A stretch of 20,000 bases of DNA from Pseudogymnoascus verrucosus. Taxonomy: Eukaryota. Under the pieces are notes generated by a model. The model searched no databases. It was not told the origin of the DNA and worked only from the letters and a program-made list of their open reading frames with translations. This document shows, one piece after another, positions 11,067 to 20,000 of this stretch. Position 1 is the stretch's first letter, and each line of letters opens with the position of its first letter. The stretch lies in the NCBI GenBank assembly GCA_001662655.1, contig KV460230.1, one strand, 5' to 3'. The position numbers and the translations under genes are program-made.

Positions 11067-12392
11067 ATGAAGTTATTTACTCAGACGCTCGGAACCGTTG
11101 CTGCCGCCACTATCGCTGTAGCATCGAACAGCGGCGGGAATCCTCTGGCAACATCAGACCAACGAGATCTTGATGCGCTCTCCATAAAGATAAATGAAGA
11201 CCACGACTTTGGATTTCTTAAGGCAGAGGCCAAAGCTACTTTCCAAATAGCACATGGGCTTCCCATAAGCCAGGAAGCCAATTCGAGAATCGATGCCGCT
11301 ATAGACGAGCTGGCATTTAGTTCTATTCAAAAAGCAGTGAACAATGACCCTTACTATCCGAAGGTTTATTGGGTAGATGCCGGCCCTCGGAATTGGTTTG
11401 GACTAGACGTACCTGGCGGACGATATTCTTACGATAATCCGGATTGCATATATAGAACGATTCCAATCAGCAGCAAACTTCGTTATGTCCTAAGAGGATA
11501 TCGTCACCCGGAGGGACCGACGGATGTCACGTTCTCGCTCATCAGCGATCCGAATTCGCAAAATACGGTAGCAAGCCTGGCTGGTGATGACCTTGTTGTA
11601 GACGCAGATGGATCCTACACGATTACTATTGACAGCTCGTCTGGTGAGGGGCAAACAAACCACATCAAATCCTCTTTACTGGCACAGCAACTCTTCGTTC
11701 GCAATAATCTGGGCAACTGGCAAGTCCAAACAGCTGATAACCTTACGGTTGAGCTCATTGACGATGCAACGGGACATAAACCCATCGATGAGACGGCTAT
11801 CGTTCACCGGGCTCAATGGAACCTTCAGGAGTCCATCATTGACTATGGCGTCGGTGCCCTTGGATTGAAGACAATGATCAACCCCGTCAACACGCTATCC
11901 AAACCCAGCCAGTCAAGCACCCTCGGCACGCTCACCACGCAGGCAAGTTCATTTGGCCACTTCAATTTGAAGGCCGGCGAGGCCATCGTTGCCACCCTCT
12001 CCATAGGAGAAGCCGACTACTTCGTCTTCCCCGCCACGGACCCCTGGCTTATTACTGTCGATCCAGGAGCATATCAGCTCAGTCTCAACAGCGAGCAGGC
12101 TGTCGCTAATGCAAATGGAACGTACACGTTTGTTGTGTCCCGGACAGATCCAGGGGTCAGTAATTGGATTGACACGGCTGGGCTTAATGAGGGCACCATT
12201 ATGGTTCGCTGGCAGGGACTGCCAACGGACTCGTCCGATAAGGACAATGGGGTTGCTATTGTCACTCAGGTGGTTCAGATTTCCCAGCTTGCTGATGTGC
12301 TTCCAAGCGGGACGAAGTATGTGACGCCAGAGGAACGCAAGGAGCATCTTGCCCAACGTGCTGCGGGATATGCTCAGAGATTTCAATATTGA
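11067..12392 (+). CDS. Intronless putative secreted protein, DUF1214-like (bacterial-type), 441 aa
   Basis: Single uninterrupted ORF. The likely start MKLFTQTLGTVAAATIAVA is signal-peptide-like, with a TA-rich TATA-like stretch at ~10971-10996. Motifs GGRYSYDNPDCIYR, LVVDADGSYTITI, SLNSEQAVANANGTYTFVVS and DPGVSNWIDTAGLNEGTIMVRWQ resemble bacterial DUF1214-domain proteins (recognised from memory). Confidence 0.8.
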   Translation: MKLFTQTLGTVAAATIAVASNSGGNPLATSDQRDLDALSIKINEDHDFGFLKAEAKATFQIAHGLPISQEANSRIDAAIDELAFSSIQKAVNNDPYYPKVYWVDAGPRNWFGLDVPGGRYSYDNPDCIYRTIPISSKLRYVLRGYRHPEGPTDVTFSLISDPNSQNTVASLAGDDLVVDADGSYTITIDSSSGEGQTNHIKSSLLAQQLFVRNNLGNWQVQTADNLTVELIDDATGHKPIDETAIVHRAQWNLQESIIDYGVGALGLKTMINPVNTLSKPSQSSTLGTLTTQASSFGHFNLKAGEAIVATLSIGEADYFVFPATDPWLITVDPGAYQLSLNSEQAVANANGTYTFVVSRTDPGVSNWIDTAGLNEGTIMVRWQGLPTDSSDKDNGVAIVTQVVQISQLADVLPSGTKYVTPEERKEHLAQRAAGYAQRFQY

Positions 12393-13110
12393 GGTTTTAG
12401 GTAACGCTGGTAAGGTATAATTTGATGCTAAGTACAAGATAGAATCTCTATCAGTGGAGAAAATACTCATGGTGGGAAGAAACAGAATACTCGTGTTGTC
12501 CGAATGTGTTTCATAGACCCTGTGCATGGCAATGAGCAGGACGTTGGCAACTATACCCCTATATAGATAGAGTATCTAGAACTTTAATAGGTTGCTTCAA
12601 TATTTTAATACACGGTATATGGGCTCCTGGGTTTGGCGCCGATGGCTTGCGGCCGCTTTGAAATTCGATAAAAGAGCAGCTCCTCCAAATCCCTAGTTCG
12701 AATTCAGCAACAAAGCCCTCGCCCGTTTTTATTCACCCCCCGAAGCTCATCCCGTCGAATTTCAGTATTTATACCGGGATGTCAACCTTACAATATAATC
12801 CAAGGGTGCCTTACTAGCGTTATCCCGTCACTAGGCGCATGCCTTCCGGCGTTTAGTTTTATGTCCATCTGCAGAGTTGTGCTAACCCGGACATTAAGCT
12901 ATAGGTCAGCTAACTCCGTCATCTTGAGGTGATAAGCACCCATATAAAACTAGATTACCCTATAAGTCATGTCTAGTTAAATCGGACACATAAATTGGAC
13001 ATTAAGTTAGATCCTGGCTTTCTTACGCATTGGCGCATATTCATTTACTCAAGGCAAAGGTTGGTATAGAAAAAGCAGGGTTGAACCAACCCGTAAAACT
13101 CGAAGCAGCA

Positions 13111-14043
13111 ATGTCTACAACATTTACCATGCCAAATAGGCAGCTTGCATGGCTCATCACAGGCTGTTCCTCGGGATTCGGTCTTGCCCTTATCAACATA
13201 GTACAGTCACACGGACATAAAGTGATTGCAACTTCAAGAAACCCTTCCCGCACCCCTGAGCTTGTCGCTGAAGTTGAGAACAGAGGTGGGAAGTGGCTCA
13301 AGTTAGACGTAGAAGATGCAAACTGCGCGCATGTCATCAAGGTTCTCGAAGCGTCAGGCCAGCAAATCGATGTTCTAGTCAATAATGCAGGGTCTTCTAT
13401 TCATGCCTGTGTTGAACAATTCACAGAAGAGGAAGTACGCCGCCAGATGGAGTCATTGTATTTCGGGCCCGCCAGGCTTATTAGGGAGGCGGTGCCACAT
13501 ATGCGCAAACGAAGATTCGGCGTTGTGGTGAATATGAGTAGTGGAGCGGGATTGGAAGGGAGGGAGAGCATGGGTGCTTATGCGCCAGCTAAGGCCGCGC
13601 TTGACGGTGGGTATTTGTTCCCAATTGTGGTATGTTTCCAAAGCTGATAATAACCAGGCGTGTCAAAGGTTCTAGCAAAGGAAGTTTCTGAGTTCAACGT
13701 CCGTGTCTTAATTGTCTCGCTCGGAGCTTTTAACACTAACATGGTAAACGCCGTCACCACTAGCAAAAATCCCATGCCAGAGGACTACCAAGGCACTATT
13801 GTTGAAAAGACCATTGACGCTATGGGTAGCGGGAGCTTTAAACCCGAAGGCGATAAGGATAAGGCTGTTAAAGTGATATATGAGGTTGTGATGGGGGAGG
13901 GTGTTGGAGTAGGACGGGAAGGCGAGAGGTTCCTTCCGCTTGGTAGAGACCTAGCAGCGAGAGTCAAGCAGGTGCAGGACCAATACTCTCATAGCATGGA
14001 AGTATTTGGAGACATATGCAATAATGTATATAGAGATAGTTGA
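13111..14043 (+). CDS. Classical short-chain dehydrogenase/reductase, 293 aa; exons 13111-13606 and 13658-14043
   Basis: Rossmann motif WLITGCSSGFG, IDVLVNNAG, catalytic Ser region NMSS and YxxxK (YAPAK). A 51-nt intron 13607-13657 (GTGGGT..GCTGAT..CAG) joins the two ORFs in frame. The start could instead be 13129. Confidence 0.92.
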
Positions 14044-14347
14044 TGCATACTCAGTTAGTATCGCAGAACAAGCTACTGGTGTAATATTTTCGATGATTTG
14101 ACTAGCAACTCTGATATTTACCGTAGTTAATACACAAACTGACACCGTTAAATCCATTAAACTATGCAAAGGGGGAACGCCTGCCTAGCAATAGTTCTCA
14201 GGTCGGTATAAAAACTCCAATAGCAACTATAGTTTCTATAGTTCCCTACAGTCCCTTTGGCATGACGCCACTACAAGTGGATATGTATTTCCTAGATAGA
14301 AGCTTTGTGCTCAACTTAATATAGTATTTGTTATATATCAATTGTTT

Positions 14348-16692
14348 CTATACCTCCCTGTAATTATTAGTCTTCTCATCTGGAACCCGTTGACGAATAA
14401 CTTCATCCTCATTACTGCCAGTGTTCGAATCCACTTTACTTCCACTAGAAATTTCCTTGCCTACAACATCGTGCCTAGCATCCCACTCCGCAAGCTCGGA
14501 ATTGGGAACCTTGTTCAATTTGTGGGTTTGGGCGCCGCTGTCCAAAACGATAACTGTTTGGCGAAGGGCATAGTTTCCTCGCCTAGGAAGGAAGTGCGTC
14601 CAGATCCAGTAGTAGACACCGCAAGCTGCGAGACTAGATAACGTGTTAGTAAAATATTAGAAGAGATGACTGGAGCAAACCTACATTCCAATACCAGTAA
14701 AACAATATGTTGCATAGAAGAAGCTGACACTTCCCGCATTGATTCCACCTGCGGGAGGAACCCACTATGAGACTTTGAATCAGTGGTAGTTCAGTCTTGA
14801 ATAAGGGAGAAATAATCACAGGCATCACGAGAAGTATAATTTGAATTGCGATGTAAAACAGTAATACCACGTCCCAGGTTTTGAACTCGGGTCTTTCGGC
14901 GTTGATGCGCTTACGCTGGCGGCGGATAAGGAATACTCCTACTGCAACACAACCGGCGAACACCGCATCTGGGTACGATTTCAAGTCGACAACTGGGGTA
15001 TATGTTAGTAAAGAGCAGAAAGTAAGGGCAAGATGAGTATTACGGAAATCAAAAGCGTCTCCGAATGGAGGGGCGAGAACCATCAATAGTGTGAGGACGT
15101 ATTTGAAGGCATATGGCCCGAGTGGCGTTCCGAATGGTTGAGTCGATGCCCAAAATGCTGGATATGGCAGTACACCTTGTCTGAATCAATGTTAGTGAGA
15201 ATAAAAAATACATTAATAAATGCTAGGAAACTTGCCGTCCACATTCACGGATAATACGGGAGGAACCAATCAAGTTTGAAACGAGGTTGCCGAACGATGA
15301 TAGGAGAACAAGGAAGTTCAATCCTCTAGCAGCATTGCCTGGCCCGAAGACAGCTCCAAAGAAAAGAGCTGCGACTCCAGTGCCCGATTCGAGGACGTCT
15401 TGTTTGGGAACTATGGTTTGAGGTTAGTATCGTAGCAGATATGTGAAGGGCTATGTAATTGATTACCTGCAGCAAAATATGCAATGTTACAGAGCATATA
15501 AAGAACAGCGACAATTGCAAGTGACAGAGCACCTGCCCATCGAATTGTTTTAATAGGTTTCTAATAATTTTAATCAGCTAAGCCCTGATACCAGAGTGAA
15601 AGACCTACCTTGATTTCATTGACCATGTTGAATGAATTAGACCATCCTTCATAAGCATAGTTTACTCTGACAAGAGCTCTCACCACACCAGAAGCATCTC
15701 CGGTGGCACCTGCGAAAGAATCGCGGAAATTTGCTCCTGGGTCAGGAATAGATTTGACGCGTCCTCCAAGAACGACGAAGCCAGTTATGCTGATGCTGCG
15801 GGAGATCAGTCGCTGTTTTGAGGCAGATCTATTAGGGAGAAACGTACAATACCAGGGTGAGGACTTTGATAACACCGATGACGTTGGAAAAGCGAAGAGA
15901 CCATTTGTTGGAGATGATGACCACTACAATTCGAGAATCAATATTGAGAAGCAATTCTTTGTGCCACTGTAAGACTAACCAATCGTAGCAAGAGTGAAGC
16001 CAGCAATCGCAACACCTTTGGCTTGCCATTCAGTAGGCTCGGTGCCAGCAATGCGGAACGTGTAAGTTGACAAGACTGTTTGTGAATTAGCTGATATTGA
16101 GTCAAGTGAGCCCGGGAGCGCCACATACCAATCGCATTACTGCTGCTAAATGCCAGTAGGATGTTCAACATAGCATAAGCTGTTGGGAAAAAGTATTTTG
16201 GTCGAGGGTAGGCTTGCTCGAGATAGACGACTTGTGCCCCGGAACGATTAGGAAAATAGGATGCAAGTTCAAGATAAGTAGAGAATCCTGCAAATGCGAT
16301 CAAAAGGCCAATGAACCAGAAGAATAAGCTTAATCCTACGGAACCAAGCCCGCTGAGGATTGACCCCGCTACCATGTAATTAGCAATTGTATTTTCAATA
16401 TTTAAAAACCAGACGAAAGCATACGGGTAGAAAAAACTCCTGTTCCTATCATTTGACCAATGTTGAGGAAGATGACAGTGAACCAGTTGATTTCATATCC
16501 AAGAGGTGATTCCTTCTCGACGGGTGCGCCAGACGCTTCTTGGTAGGATGGCTGAGATTCATTTCCAGCAGTTTCTTTGGTGTATTCGAGATTACCATCG
16601 CGAACGACTGACTCTACCGACTCGGCATGTTGTGTAGCCAGATATTGCTGTCCCGACTTCCTGGCATCTTGCCAGAACGAAGCGAAACCCAT
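14348..16692 (-). CDS. APC/LAT-family amino acid permease, high-affinity methionine permease MUP1-like, 603 aa; exons 16692-16425, 16368-16129, 16075-15980, 15923-15848, 15795-15609, 15560-15467, 15410-15236, 15180-15044, 14992-14820, 14764-14685, 14633-14348
   Basis: Ten introns of 48-56 nt splice into a continuous 1812-nt frame. Motifs: YQEASGAPVEKESPLGY, MIGTGVFSTPGSIL, YLELASYFPNRSGAQVVYLEQAYPRP, YAYEGWSNSFNMVNEIK, RECGRQGVLPYP, PFGTPLGP. An alternative in-frame ATG lies at 16746. The substrate is inferred from the family only. Confidence 0.9.
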
Positions 16693-17559
16693 CTTCGTTG
16701 CTGGTGTGGAATTGTCTTGAGCACTGCGCTTCGAGCTAAAGATCATGTCTTAGACTTCAGGATACTCTCTGCATTTATGACCTCTCGACGTGACACCCTT
16801 TGGCAGTCTTCGCCTCATCGCGCTATCGCTCAGTAAAAGACGTGATCTAATGTTTTGTTTGCATAGCGATGATATTGACTAGAGCAGCTAATTATACATT
16901 GAATGCTTCAGATCGAACTGCCTGTTTAGAAGGCCAAGATAGAGCTGTAGGCATCCTGTTAGGGCCAAGGAAAAGTAATTGGCAATGGATTGCAATTTAA
17001 TCTTAGCTGCCAGTGCTGTTGATAAGTCATAGGCTCGATTGTATTGTTACCTTCCCCATGGGAGTCGTGCCAAGTGCTGCGAAGTGAATGGGGCTGACTA
17101 TTCGCAATAATTATTACAGATTGCACCATAACACCTATCTTGAGGCATTAGAAACTTCAAATTCTTCCTCGGCTTGAAGATATATCCACAGAAGGGTGAT
17201 TTCTCAGTTAGACAATCACGAAAACAAGAAATCTCAAAATAATATGAATTCGCACTAACCAGTCTTCGACACAATTGCAGAAATCTCAACAACTAATTAC
17301 GGTAATAGGATACAGGCGCTCTAAATTGCACTTTAAGCCTCCTGGATTCTCTAGACGAAATCTCTCATCGAGAACTTTCATAATGGCCAAGGATAAACTA
17401 ATGACGTGTTTCACATGCGAGTGAGACATACAAGCTAGTAACTTAAGAAAACACCTAAATATCATCTTATAGCTGAAACCTACAGATCAGCCCATAACGT
17501 AGGTCATGGCCTAAGTGCTGCCATGGTCTAAGTGACAATTTAGCGGGGTAGTGGTAGTA

Positions 17560-18055
17560 ACGTAAGTCGTGGTCAGACCGGCTACATGGCCAGACCGGCT
17601 ATTAGTACTGTTACATACAAATTTATATGTAGAGGTACTTATGCTTACGAAAATTAGAACATTAATAGCTCCTTTAATAAAAGTGCTAGAGCATATTCCT
17701 CTTTTATATAAAAACTTTAAACAGTCCTCTACTATATGTAAAAACGTTAATAGCACTAGCGTCTTTTTACGTAAGTTATTAAAGATTTTAACTTTTGTCA
17801 TATAAAAATTTAGTATAGTAAATCTAAAACTATTAATAACTACCTTATAAGGCTAGCTTACATACTAGTGTTTTTAATTATAGCGTATAAGTATATAAAT
17901 TATCTAAGTTTAAGAGTATTAGGCTCTAGCAAGTCAACTAAAGTAATTATTACAGTTTGAATTATATATCACGTGATGTGAATTCGCTTGTGAATTTACC
18001 TGTAAAATTGAAATAGCCGGTCTGGCCATGTAGCCGGTCTGACCACGACTTACGT
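17560..18055. mobile_element. 496-bp non-autonomous element (MITE) with perfect 44-bp TIRs and TA target-site duplication
   Basis: Left TIR 17560-17603 (ACGTAAGTCGTGGTCAGACCGGCTACATGGCCAGACCGGCTATT) is the exact reverse complement of 18012-18055. TA lies at 17558-59 and 18056-57. The interior is AT-rich with no credible ORF. Confidence 0.95.
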
Positions 18056-18112
18056 TAGTGACCCCATCAAACCAGCCGACTGGTAGTTACTACTTCTACT
18101 ATATAGTTAAAA

Positions 18113-19804
18113 ATGGTGAAACGTAAGAATATTAAGGCTCAAGAGCTTGATTTACGTGTTTCTAAGGCAATTGAAGGAGTTAGGTTAGGAAAATTTAAAT
18201 CAGCAAATGCTGCAGCAATTGCTCTAGGCCTACACCCTAATACTGTCCTTAAGCGTCTAAGAGGTGGCTCTACGCAACGTGAGGCGCGACAACAACAACA
18301 GCTCCTGTCAAAAAATCAAGAGCAAACGCTCTTAAAGTGGATTAAGGAGCTTACTGCAAGCGGCTACGCTCCTAGCCATTGGATATTACGAGAGGTTGCA
18401 GATGAAGTCCGGTCAAATAAGTGTCGCGTTTTTCAGCCTCAACTACAACAACAGCAACAACAAACACAACAAACACAACAACCTCAACAACCTCAACCTC
18501 AAATACCTAACTTACCTCTTGGGCAAGAGTGGGTTCCACAATTCATTCAAAGGCATCCTAACTTACGTGTTAAGTTAGGACGTAGAGTTGAAGCACAAAG
18601 GATGAATGGGGTCACAAAGTAGGTGTTAAGGGGGTGGTTTGACGCGTACGAGAGCCTTATAACAGAGCTAAAAATCGAAAACTACAACACCTATAATATA
18701 GATGAAACTGGATTTTCGATTAGAACTATGCAATCTACACGAATTATAGTCGATTCTACACTCTGTACACGTTTTCAAGCTCATCCTAGCCAACAGGAAT
18801 GGGTGTCTGCTGTTAAATGCATTTGCATAGACAGAACAGCTATCGACCCCCTTATTATTTTTAAAGGACAGAACATACTACAGAGCTAGATTCCAAAGGA
18901 GGTTATACAAAAATGGCACTTCTCTACAAATACAAAAGGATGGACAAGCAATCTTCATGGATTAGAGTAGCTAAAACGCGTTTTTGAGCCCTCTACAAGA
19001 GCAAAAGCAACACAAAATGGACGACTACAGCAACGGCTCCTAATTTGCAATGGCTATGATAGCTATATAAGTAGAAGCTTTATATCACACTACATACAGA
19101 ATCAAATATCACTCCTTATTCTACCTCCTCATACATCTTATGTTCTACAGCCACTTGATATTTCGATTTTTGGACCCTTAAAGCAACACCTTACAACAGC
19201 TCTCTCGCACCTTAATGAGGCACAACTCCTACGAATACATAAGTTAGAATGGATGGATGCATATATTACTGCAAGAGCAGCTGGATTTTCGACTTCAAAT
19301 ATAACTTCTGCTTAGAGAGGGAGTGGGCTACAGCCATTTCAACCACAAATAGTCATTCGAGCAGCTATGCTTCCTACTATAGACGTTATAGTAGAACGAC
19401 TATATACTCCTATAGAGCATGATATTTTTAAGAAGGTATTCTTAAACAGCAGTCTACCTGATTTTAATACTCTTCAAAAAGCGAATTCTATACTCTCTTC
19501 TACAATAAGTCAGGGTGTTTTAAATACTCTTACAAAGCAATATATTCATAAGTTAGCAGATGAGTCAGAACGCCTTAATACACGCAATATCCTTTAAAAG
19601 AGAGAGTGTAATAACTTACGTTCAATTATCTAAAAGCGAAGAACACAGAATAAGGGTAAAAGAGCAGTTTTAAAGGGTCAATTCCACATTTCTACAGAAG
19701 AACTCCAGTTGCAAGTTATAGAAGCAGAAGCAGCAACAACAGCAGCTTCACAGAGGCCTAGAACAACGCAATAACCTATAAACGAAGCTACAATTAAGGA
19801 AATA
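18113..19804 (+). pseudogene. DD35D transposase pseudogene (HTH/CENP-B-like DNA-binding region plus DDE domain)
   Basis: One continuous frame without frameshifts but with stops at 18620, 18887, 18968, 19313, 19595, 19631 and 19772 (the last may be the native stop). Motifs YNIDETG, GWTS, LLICNGYDSY (degenerate DGHxSH) and LPPHTSYVLQPLD, with 35 residues between the second and third catalytic positions. Confidence 0.93.
18434..18502 (+). repeat. CAA-rich microsatellite encoding QPQLQQQQQQTQQTQQPQQPQPQ inside the transposase
   Basis: In-frame 69-nt CAA/ACA/CCT tract. Confidence 0.85.
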
Positions 19805-20000
19805 ACGTAAGTCATGGCCTTACCGACCGTATGGCCTTACCGACATAGTGGGGTTGGCCACCCCATCAAACCCATTAACACCAACCTACTACCACCTTAC
19901 AATGGTGAAGCGTAAGAGTAAGAGAGCTCAAGAACGCAATTTACAACTGTCTAAAGCAGTTCTAGGAGTACAGACTAGAAAATTTAAATCAGCGTATGCT
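19805..20000 (+). mobile_element. Left end of a second, related Fot1/pogo transposon inserted at a TA
   Basis: TA (19803-04) is followed by ACGTAAGTCATGGCCTTACCGACCGTATGGCCTTACCGAC, then ACCCCATCAAACC and a transposase start. Confidence 0.88.
19902..20000 (+). CDS. N-terminus of the second transposase (partial; intactness unknown)
   Basis: MVKRKSKRAQERNLQLSKAVLGVQTRKFKSAYA aligns without gaps to MVKRKNIKAQELDLRVSKAIEGVRLGKFKSANA at 18113. Confidence 0.8.
   Translation, partial: MVKRKSKRAQERNLQLSKAVLGVQTRKFKSAYA

Larger units (their letters stand above)
17497..19804 (+). mobile_element. Fot1/pogo-family (Tc1/mariner superfamily) DNA transposon, RIP-degraded, interrupted by two nested insertions; right TIR not in window
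   Basis: TA (17495-96) is followed by the terminus ACGTAGGTCATGGCCTAAGTGCTGCCATGGTCTAAGTG, then a transposase pseudogene. Removing the MITE restores a 5' region similar to that of the element at 19805 (shared ACCCCATCAAACC). Confidence 0.88.

Noticed and set aside
11949..12527. 192-aa minus-strand ORF
   Set aside because: Antisense shadow of the DUF1214-like gene with no recognisable motifs.
12880..13010. Repeated GGACATTAAG motif and TATAAAA (12943) upstream of the SDR
   Set aside because: Only two exact copies of a 10-mer, too weak to call a regulatory site or TE relic.
16750..17450. Sulfur-regulon (CYS-3/MetR, Cbf1) sites upstream of the permease
   Set aside because: Only partial ACGTG cores were seen, with no exact ATGRYRYCAT or TCACGTG match.
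17511..17805. Two short ORFs within the MITE
   Set aside because: AT-rich, overlapping the TIRs, and with no recognisable transposase motifs.
10600..20000. Starship or other giant mobile element carrying the accessory genes
   Set aside because: No tyrosine-recombinase captain gene or element boundary is visible in the window.

Overview
This is eukaryotic DNA from a filamentous ascomycete, judged from 48-68 nt spliceosomal introns with CTRAY branch sites and RIP-like mutation. Left part, housekeeping-type genes: mitochondrial DnaJ MDJ1 (-, runs off the left edge), SAP30 (-, 3 exons), a ~4 kb divergent intergenic region with tandem and low-complexity repeats, and a ~1090-aa transcription factor with two C2H2 fingers plus a fungal-specific TF domain (+, 4 exons). 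Middle part, accessory-looking: an intronless secreted DUF1214-like protein of bacterial appearance, a classical SDR, and an 11-exon MUP1-like amino acid permease (-) with one GC-AG intron. Right end: a nest of three Fot1/pogo (DD35D) DNA transposons. A RIP-inactivated element carries a 496-bp MITE with perfect 44-bp TIRs in its 5' end, and a related element inserted at a TA near the end of its transposase. Best leads: the DUF1214-like gene and its neighbours, a tandem splice acceptor that could recode zinc finger 1 while keeping it a valid C2H2, and a shared 17-bp-period TIR architecture with element-specific cores. All gene models were assembled by hand. No database searches were run, so family names come from motif recognition.
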